Below are positions 63,526 through 64,000 of a stretch of 64,000 bases of DNA, piece by piece. The notes under the pieces were generated by a model, which made no database searches, was not told the origin of the DNA, and saw only the letters and a program-made list of their open reading frames with translations. The first letter of the stretch is position 1. Every line of letters begins with the position of its first letter. Made by a program: the position numbers and the translations under genes. Source of the stretch: Strigamia acuminata (taxonomy: Eukaryota); NCBI GenBank assembly GCA_949358305.1, contig OX442314.1:27652001-27716000 (forward strand), read 5' to 3'.

Positions 63526-64000
63526 ATGAGTTACGACAAACCAGTCCGTTTCGTAAAATACATGAGCGAAATTGGCTCCGAAGAAAGCCGAGCACGATGC
63601 AGCATTCGAATCAAGAAACCACCGGTCGTCACGGCTGCGACGTGTCGTCCTTTTCTCTTACGTAACATGAACAAACCTCCGGTACCTTCAACACGAATCC
63701 TCCGCAGAAAACAAGTGCTCTCCTACAGACACCGGAACCCCGAGTACAGCAGTCGACAAGTGCGCAGGGCCTTAAATTGCAGAGACACTTCCTATTGGAA
63801 CCTCAACCCCATCGTAAGAAAAACCAAACAACACACCAACGCCAACGTTCGTCCGGACGGCGTTAAGGCCCGATTCAGGCCGCTCGCCGCCCCTGGAGAC
63901 CGCACAACGGACAACTTGTCGCCAGCCGAACCTAAGAAATTCTCCGACAGCTCGCGAAGAGGGACCTACCAATCGCAATACGTGCACCAATGTCTGAGCG
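63526..64000 (+). CDS. Arg/Pro-rich orphan ORF, open to window end
   Basis: MSYDKPVRFVKYMSEIG... runs 158 codons without a stop, in a satellite/AC-rich leader context like the neighbouring family. Confidence 0.5.
   Translation, partial: MSYDKPVRFVKYMSEIGSEESRARCSIRIKKPPVVTAATCRPFLLRNMNKPPVPSTRILRRKQVLSYRHRNPEYSSRQVRRALNCRDTSYWNLNPIVRKTKQHTNANVRPDGVKARFRPLAAPGDRTTDNLSPAEPKKFSDSSRRGTYQSQYVHQCLS

Overview
Eukaryotic animal DNA, most likely arthropod (inferred from ~45-75 nt introns, a Drosophila Task6-like channel and animal tRNA primer sites). The left ~31 kb is a nested, rearranged TE and duplication complex. It holds the 5' end of a copia element, one DEG/ENaC paralog, and a broken Tc1 element split by a 13.3 kb gypsy-type LTR element, which is itself split by a foldback element. 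It also holds near-identical local duplications carrying PEX2 fragments. The right half has intact host genes: a 12-exon DEG/ENaC gene, PEX2, the K2P channel Task6, a C2H2 zinc-finger gene, and a tandem cluster of intronless modular genes with Jupiter-like motifs. Four observations stand out. (1) The DEG/ENaC genes encode two channel subunits fused in one polypeptide. (2) The gypsy element keeps a ~969-codon open PR-RT-RH frame in which most catalytic residues are substituted; it has no gag or integrase core and carries extra orphan ORFs. (3) A solo LTR carries five covarying hairpins with a TAR-like UY-bulge/GAG-CUC core, and their G-U wobbles point to a minus-strand RNA structure. (4) The Jupiter-like family is module-shuffled. 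All calls are by eye from the sequence; no database searches were run.
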